Part shown: positions 56,554 through 64,000 of the stretch, in pieces
Position numbering within the stretch: the stretch's first letter is position 1
Layout: each line of letters opens with the position of its first letter
Assembly (NCBI GenBank): GCA_964016885.1
Contig: OZ024746.1
Span: 71,796,001 to 71,860,000, forward strand
Length of the DNA: 64,000 bases
Reading direction: 5' to 3'
DNA from: Eledone cirrhosa
Lineage: Eukaryota
Translations under genes and position numbers: made by a program
Notes under the pieces: generated by a model
What the model saw: only the letters and a program-made list of their open reading frames with translations
What the model was told of the DNA's origin: nothing
Database searches by the model: none

Positions 56554-58335
56554 TTACCTCTCTGCGTCCCGGGTATCGGGCTGCACAATTTCCATTAGGG
56601 TGGGGGATGGGTTGTTGGGTGGGGTGGTGGTTTGTGGAAGTGTGGGGGCATCAGTGTGTTGTGTGGTTGGGGAGCTTGGAGTTGTGAGGGTGTTTGGGGA
56701 GGGGGTGGGATAGTTTTTTAGGAGGACTCGGTTAATGGGCCCGACGCAGGGGGGACCCACGTCCTCTTTAAAATTGTTTTTTAAAGTTTTATAGGTGTCC
56801 TGTGGGGCCTTAATCATTTTGAGGTGGGGGAAATCCCCTGCCTGGGTGAAGTTAGGCCCTTGTGTTTTTATTAGATTGTTGTTGTACACAATGTTTAACA
56901 GTTTTTTGTTTCTTGTATTTATGTATGTGTATGCATGTTTTTGTTTTTGTGTGGTGTTTTTTGTTTGCTGTTGTGAGCTCTTTTGTGTTGGTGTCAGTGT
57001 TATGTTTTGGGGAGGGGTTTTTTTCATTTGTGTGTCTGAGGTGTGTTTTCTTTTTTTTCTTTTGATTGTGTGGAAGTGCTCCTCCTCGTCTGACGACGAA
57101 CTAGGGTCATCTTCCGCGTTGGAGGGGAGGGGTATATTTTCGGGTTGTGTTTGCGGTACGGGTGTTTTGGAAATTGTTTTTGTTTTTTGAGTGGAGGGGA
57201 TGGGTTGGACATTGTTTTGTTTTGGTTTGAGCTGTGGTGGTTGTTTTTGTAGTGGTTGTTGTGGTGATTGTGTTGGTTGTGCAGTTGTTGGTGGTGTAGG
57301 CAGGATTGGGGTTTTCTTATTAAGTTGGGGACAGACAGCCCTCAGGTGACCTCTGGTTCCGCAGAGGTAACACGAGGGCCGTCTACCCTCAACGGTAATG
57401 TTGATGAAGGTTAGATCATCCAGTATGACGCGTTCAGGGATCTGGGCGATCCTTTCGGGCCTCATTTGAACTACAAGTTCGAGGCTCGTTCCACTGAACG
57501 CGTCACCCGATGCCTTTCCCATGGACACCAGCATGTCATCCTCCAGGTCCAGAAAACCTGTCAAAACCCACCATATGTCCATAATCGGCAGGATGGTGTG
57601 GATTTTTATTTTTTGTGTTCTTCTACCCATGTACGTAGGGTAGAAGGTGTATGCGGTGGATGTGATTGGTTTGATGGACAGTTTCACTGCTGTGTCCCTG
57701 TCCTTCATGAGAATGGATAGACTCCCGTAGAGTCTATCCTTCTGAATGAAGGTGATGTCCTTCATGACGTCTTTTAAAACCAGCTCTATCTCGCTCTGTG
57801 ATGGTTGAGCTGGTTTTTTACTTTTGTTCGAGATTGTCCTAAACATGACCGTGTTTAGGAGTCTCTGGCTTTTTAGTTCCGGGGGGGAATGGATTGTGAA
57901 TGAACCATTTTCCCCGTACACTATATATTTTTTCGCATCCGCCAGTAGCTCCTTCGCTTTTGTTATATCTACTGGCAGATAGTCGAGGGTTTTCCTTGTC
58001 GTCTCGGCGAAGGAGAAATTTTGTTTGTTTGTGTTGTTGTTGTCGTTGGTGGTGTTGTTGTTATCATTGTTGTTGTTGTCACCGTTATTGGTCTTGTTGT
58101 TGTTATTGTTATTGTTATTGGTGTTGTTTTCTACCGTCGCATTGTTGTTGTTGTTGCTGTTGGTTCTTTGGGTTGTTGCCATGGTAACGTCAAGTTGTCG
58201 GTTAACAGGTGGAGAGAATTCTTCCTCTGGCTGACCTATCTTCTTGACCTCTGCTACTGTGACAGTGGCAGGGGGAAGCTGTAAGTTCATCTTCCCCTTT
58301 CCTCCTTCGAATTTTGGTGAAGAGGCTTCGGCCAT
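56554..58335 (-). CDS. ORF1: gag-like protein with zinc knuckle
   Basis: 593 aa open frame; CYLCGTRGHLRAVC (CX2CX4HX4C) and basic KRKKRK; lies immediately upstream of ORF2. Confidence 0.92.
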   Translation of the reverse strand: MAEASSPKFEGGKGKMNLQLPPATVTVAEVKKIGQPEEEFSPPVNRQLDVTMATTQRTNSNNNNNATVENNTNNNNNNNNKTNNGDNNNNDNNNTTNDNNNTNKQNFSFAETTRKTLDYLPVDITKAKELLADAKKYIVYGENGSFTIHSPPELKSQRLLNTVMFRTISNKSKKPAQPSQSEIELVLKDVMKDITFIQKDRLYGSLSILMKDRDTAVKLSIKPITSTAYTFYPTYMGRRTQKIKIHTILPIMDIWWVLTGFLDLEDDMLVSMGKASGDAFSGTSLELVVQMRPERIAQIPERVILDDLTFINITVEGRRPSCYLCGTRGHLRAVCPQLNKKTPILPTPPTTAQPTQSPQQPLQKQPPQLKPKQNNVQPIPSTQKTKTISKTPVPQTQPENIPLPSNAEDDPSSSSDEEEHFHTIKRKKRKHTSDTQMKKTPPQNITLTPTQKSSQQQTKNTTQKQKHAYTYINTRNKKLLNIVYNNNLIKTQGPNFTQAGDFPHLKMIKAPQDTYKTLKNNFKEDVGPPCVGPINRVLLKNYPTPSPNTLTTPSSPTTQHTDAPTLPQTTTPPNNPSPTLMEIVQPDTRDAER

Positions 58336-58550
58336 TTAAAAAAATATTGACTTTTCAACAAGAAAAAACTTTTTTTTTTTTTAACTATTTCGCCTAAAGG
58401 CGTAGAATATTTTGAGAGACTGACCAGATCAAAGTTTGATCTGGCAGTCCCTCTACAAAATGGTACAAAAATTAAAGTTATCAGACAAGAATTTCTATAG
58501 AAATTTAAACAGAACTTACTCAGCAAGTTATACGCGTGTGTCCATCCCAG

Positions 58551-58610
<60 letters not shown>

Positions 58611-58612
<2 letters not shown>

Positions 58613-58671
58613 TGTTTCTTTATTAGCCACAATGGCACAATAGAAGGGGACAAATACAAAGGGGGGAAGTT

Positions 58672-58721
<50 letters not shown>

Positions 58722-58809
58722 TATTTCTTTATTAGCCACAGGGGCACAAAAGAAGGGGACAAATACAAAGGGGGAAGTTTACATACAATAAAAACGTGTA
58801 AAATGTTAC

Positions 58810-58810
<1 letters not shown>
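58611..58810 (-). mobile_element. Two very short Tx1 3'-UTR ends (58611-58672 and 58721-58810), each bounded by (GATA)n
   Basis: Both match 26064-26150 (TTTCTTTATTAGCCACA...GGGGACAAATACAAAGGGGGAAGTTT). Confidence 0.92.
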
Positions 58811-58873
<63 letters not shown>

Positions 58874-59181
58874 CCCGCTCAACAGGCTCTTTGCTAGCAA
58901 ATCTCGTTAGTAAGGACGCCATTGTGTGTTGAACTGCTGAAGAGTGGGGTGGAAGATGAATGGAAAGATGTGGTTGGGGAAGCGGAGGTCTCTGGTGGAT
59001 GCCGGGGTGGAGTATTGTAGACGTCTTTAGGCTGCTTAGTTTACAGAAATTGATCGTTTGGTAAAGTGAAACCATTTAAATCTATTGACACGAGGATATG
59101 GTCGGCTGAGTCTCAATGGAGGAATGTACCATTACATTTGGCACGTGTGTGGACATTTATATATAAATATGTGTGTGTGTT

Positions 59182-59238
<57 letters not shown>

Positions 59239-59317
59239 GTATATATGTATGTACTCCTATATGTGTAATTGTGTGTGAATGTTTGAGTGCATGTATGTGC
59301 GTATGGATGTTTATATT

Positions 59318-59350
<33 letters not shown>

Positions 59351-59351
59351 A

Positions 59352-59529
59352 TAGGAAAATGTTTAAACCCCGTCGGCAGAGCTCAAGCCGTTTCGACGGC
59401 TATCCGTCGAAACGGCTTGAGCTCTGCCGTCGGGGTTAAACATTTTCCTATACCCACTCTACTACCCTATGTATTGAGTACTCTGGTGCGTTATTGTCCA
59501 TCTGGTTCCTTACCACACATCCTTCGTTA
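59352..59529 (+). mobile_element. Family A fold-back element
   Basis: Arms around CGACGG-CTAT-CCGTCG, with the same extension as 7881. Confidence 0.85.
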
Positions 59530-59585
59530 TATATATTTCTAAAGAATGAAACAGTTCTAGTCTTGTAGAATCTCATCTATATTAA

Positions 59586-59675
<90 letters not shown>

Positions 59676-60667
59676 ATGAGAAGAATTGAGTGCTGCGTGG
59701 TTGCACATGGGTTACATATGAAAAAAATAGTCCTTCATCAGTGATTTTTCAACCTTCATTGGTATTTCATCGCTTTAATATCTATATATTCAAATTGCAC
59801 TCATACACCCTTACACTGACAAGGCATTGGTCAACTTGACGCCATAGTAGAAGACACATGCTCAACGTACCATATAGTGGAACTGAACCCAAAACCACAT
59901 GATTGCGGAACAAACTACTTAACCAGGCAGACATGAATGCTTCTTCGTGTTTTTGAAAGATGCTGCGTCCATCTGTCGTCAAATGACCTCTGACCCCTTG
60001 ACCATCAGACATCTGCTGACCACCCCCCACCCCCTCCCTTTCACTTCTAGACCTTTTTATTTGTCTTTAATCCGTCGTAGCTAACATGCCGGATTATGGA
60101 GTGGTGTAACGTTTTGTGAGGCAAAGCTAATCCGAAATACAACGTCCGGACCGTATTCGTTTCATCCTTTTTCTTTTTCATACATCCATTCTGTTGACCG
60201 ATTCCCCACCAAAATAAACCCTGCCGGATTAGAACCTAGTCGGATTATAACCTACCCCATGCAACAAAAAATAACCTAAATATTGCAAGACGAGTGACTT
60301 GACATAGCGCTCCAAAAAGATCTCGGAACTCAGGGTAGCATTAAAAATGCCTCCGCTTCAAATAAAGGATTAACATACATACATATACACACCCGTACAA
60401 ACACAGGCATACATACACACACACAGACACAAGTACACATACATTCACACACGCACAATTGTAGGCACACATACATGCACGAACACAGGTATACAGAAGA
60501 CAAGTCATACATACATATATACGTACGTACATACATACATATATACATACATATATACGTACGTACGTACATACATATATACATACATACGTACGTACGT
60601 ACATACATACATACATACATACATACATACATACATACATACATACATACATACATACATACATACA

Positions 60668-60699
<32 letters not shown>

Positions 60700-61078
60700 C
60701 ATACACTTTTGTACATCAGTTTAACACAATATTGCTATGTAAACAAACTAAACAGTTTGACACGTCACAGTAAAGAAGAAGAAGAAGAAGAAGAAGAAGA
60801 AGAAGAAGAAGAAGAAGAAGAAGAAGAAGAAGAAGAAGAAGAAGAAGAAGAAGAAGAAGAAGAAGAAGAAGAAGAAGAAGAAGAAGAAGAAGAAGAAGAA
60901 GAAGAAGAAGAAACAGTAGTATGTTGATATGCTCGACCAGGGCCTTAACACAATGGACTCTACTACAACAGACGGTACATGCTGTTAACTTATTGGTGGT
61001 GGGGTGACGTTAGAGGTGGTGATGGGGGTGGAGATAGTGATAGTGGTGTTGGTAGTAGTAGAAGTGGTGGTGGTGGTG

Positions 61079-61121
<43 letters not shown>

Positions 61122-62079
61122 CTGTTGTTCTTATTATTTTAGTGGTGGTAATGGAGGTAGTGGTGGTGAGGGGTGAGGGTAGTGATGGTGGTGAGAAAGA
61201 TAATGGATGTATAAGCGTGCCCTCACAGTTTCACACTGATCCTTACTCCATGTAATATATGACCCCTGCAAGCCCCTGCTAGGACTCACAATTTCACTCC
61301 TACTCCTATCCTTTCCCCCACCAACAGTAGGGAGCCCTGACGTGCTCGGTCGATTGAACTGCTAGACATAGCAGCCAAATTCCCCTTACAATTACATCCT
61401 ACCGAATAGAGAATGGGATCTCCAGACTTTTTTGATTATCGATCCGAGGCATATATAAAAATAGATAAATAAATACACCAGTAAAGAGAATATCAAATAA
61501 ATATACAATAAAGACTAATTAGATATAATCAGAAAACTAATCAGAAAATGAATCAGAAAACTGTATATGTAAATTGTATTTTATTGTATTATTCCATGTA
61601 TATTGAATTCTTGTACAAATATGAGATTTTCGCCCAAAAGTTAAAGGGAACTTAACCCGTGATCACGCTGTCACGAAGCAAACTTCTTAACCACACAACC
61701 ATGTCTACGGTTAAGACTGGAAATTTTACAAACCCTTTTGATACCAAACTACATGGAATCGCTCTTCGTGATACGAATCTATCTATTTTAGAGTGTTTGT
61801 ATTTATCTAAGATCTTTCCATCATAATTTTATATGAGAATCTTTAAGTTATGTTGCAAACGTCAACTTAATAATGAGAAAGTTATATTATTAAGTCTCTC
61901 CAAATTCTTAATTATTTTCAGAATTAATTGGAAATCATAATTAGTGTCTTTCATTAGAAATATAATAATCAAGTGGTTATTAAAACTAGGAAGAAATCAC
62001 ACTATTTTGATAGACAAGAACACTTACTGACAACAACGATAAATGTGTACTCAAAGCGAATAAGTGACCACCTATAAAC

Positions 62080-62870
62080 CGACTATTATCTCCCTTTGAA
62101 GATGTTTGATCTCATTTGATCTTATTTGAAACATTAAGTTTTTAAAATATAGCAAGTCTTTCATTGCAAGATCTTCAAATGAAAATGAGAAACGTTGAAA
62201 CTTCTAGGCAACCAAATACGTTCTGGTAAAATAGAACATTTATATTAAGTAGATATACAATCATACTAGCACCGCCTTATATACATCTATATATATATTA
62301 TTCCATCCCCACATTATATCCAACTCTATTAAAAGTAACAACAGCAAAACACAATGGCAAACTCTAAAAGATTTTACTGACGAAGACCAAGTTACTTCCA
62401 GCTGTAATTCGTACGATAAAACGGAACCACTTATCCTAAAATAAACATATCATATACCCAAGGATCATAAGCTTAATTTTATCAATAACCTATTCACTGA
62501 ACTTCTTAACCCCTCAAAATTTAACATGAGTAGAACACGTAAGCACTTTCTAGATGGGATTTTATCTAAGATTAAGATATGATATAGGCAAAAACCTTAG
62601 CTGTGATTAAAAGGTTTGGATCATCCTCATGAATCTATTTCCATATTCCTATAATTTGATATCAACGATTATTATCCAGCTATTACTGAACTTTTCTATT
62701 CAAGGCCTTTAATTTCGCAAAATCTATTACCTCTGTGCCCAATAATTCAATAAAAGTTATTTTACAAATAAGAAAAACTAACATATACTATGACTGCACC
62801 CTCTCGATAAACAAACCCTGCAAAACACGATTTAATGTCAGTATGGGTCCTAGTGATTCAGCTGAATTCC
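62080..62870 (+). pseudogene. Decayed Penelope-like (PLE) reverse transcriptase
   Basis: PKDHKLNFINN...LLNPSK...SR..K..LD (from 62457), FL*FDINDYYPAI (62646), FNFAK, RK, FNVSMGPSDSAE (62831). These resemble recalled PLE motifs LKDHK..F..RLINP, FDI..FYPSI and FDVTMGS.DGAE. Confidence 0.75.
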
Positions 62871-63099
62871 ACTTTCTGTCTGTTTCTCTCTCTTTCTCTC
62901 TCCCTCCCTCTCGCCATATAACTATTTATCTCTCATTCTCTTACTACTGCCTTTCTCTTCACTTTGTCCATCTTTGCTAAACCCTCTAATTTTACCTCTT
63001 TCTCTCTTTGTCCCGTAAATATCATGCTATATATCTGCTCGCTCACCCCAATCTCTATCCATGCCTTACCCATCCTATCCCCAGAATTTATCTATTTTC

Positions 63100-63155
<56 letters not shown>

Positions 63156-63271
63156 ATCCTTCTCTCTTCCTTTCTCCCTCTTTCTCTCTCTTTCTATCTC
63201 TTTCTCTCTCTTTCTCTTTCTCTCTCTCTCTCTCCCTAACTCCATCTATGCCCTGTATATCCTGCTCTCTC

Positions 63272-63305
<34 letters not shown>

Positions 63306-63486
63306 CCTCTCTCTCTCTCCCTCTCTCCCTCTCTGGGTGTGTTTCTCACATATTGTTGCTCTCTCTTTCTCTCTCTACTCTGCATATCTCTCAACTTATC
63401 TTTACCTAATCTCTCCGTTCATCTTTTCTGTCGCTCTCTTTCGCTTTCTCTCTCTCCCTCTCTCTTTCTCTCTCTCTCTCTCTTTC

Positions 63487-63546
<60 letters not shown>

Positions 63547-63600
63547 ATTCCTCTCTTCCACCACTCTCTCTCTCTCTCCCCATTTATCTCCATCCATATC
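62870..63600. repeat. (CT)n polypyrimidine tract
   Basis: Direct reading. Confidence 0.95.
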
Positions 63601-63930
63601 TTCCCGTTCATCATATCCCCCACCATTTCACTGGCAACCAGCTACCAGCCACCACACCACCATCCAGGTCCCTCCTATTTCCACCTAGATCGCTAACCCT
63701 TAAAACAATATCTGCCAGTTATTAATTGACACTGATCTCTGATGCAGAAAACTCACAATATCTCGTACACACTCCCACCTCTCACTACTACACCCCCCAC
63801 TGCTTCTCCCTCACTTTCTACTGCACCACCTCTTACCATTCCTCAACACCTCACCACTACTCTTCCCACACCCACTATTCCCCCTCACCTGAAACCAACA
63901 TCCCTCCCCTCTCACTACTGCTCCACTACT

Positions 63931-63965
<35 letters not shown>

Positions 63966-64000
63966 TAGCATGACATCTCACCACTCCCCCCATCCACTAC

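Larger units (their letters stand above)
52829..58551 (-). mobile_element. Full-length Tx1/L1-clade non-LTR retrotransposon in (GATA)n
   Basis: 5' UTR about 215 nt, ORF1, ORF2, 3' UTR about 260 nt with AATAAA directly followed by (TATC)n; GATA tracts on both flanks. Confidence 0.95.

Noticed and set aside
58806-59075. 89-aa minus-strand ORF next to the Tx1 stack
   Set aside because: No recognisable domain or clear splice signals; it runs into the GATA repeat.
60070-60250. Possible MITE with TAATCCG/CGGATTA motifs
   Set aside because: Termini and TSD could not be defined.

Overview
Repeat-dense eukaryotic genomic DNA with no confidently identifiable host gene. An octopod cephalopod origin is inferred from the SINE family and the microsatellite load. 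Nearly all long ORFs in the track are artefacts of simple repeats. Real coding content is mobile: (1) an apparently intact full-length Tx1/L1-clade element (52829-58551, minus) plus three truncated relatives, all within (GATA)n tracts in the same orientation; (2) a 5'-truncated CR1-type LINE with an open ORF2; (3) RTE-clade fragments, one with a twin-priming-style 5' inversion; (4) a decayed mariner transposase; (5) a decayed Penelope-like (PLE) reverse transcriptase. The most striking non-coding signal is a set of at least six unrelated short element families between (TA)n tracts that carry hammerhead-ribozyme cores (CUGANGA...GAAA...NUH, often followed by AATAAA). They repeatedly form asymmetric inverted duplications whose junctions map to ribozyme stem II or the cleavage site, as expected for PLE pLTR or retrozyme-like elements. 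All calls were made by eye; no alignment, folding or database search was run, and boundaries are approximate.
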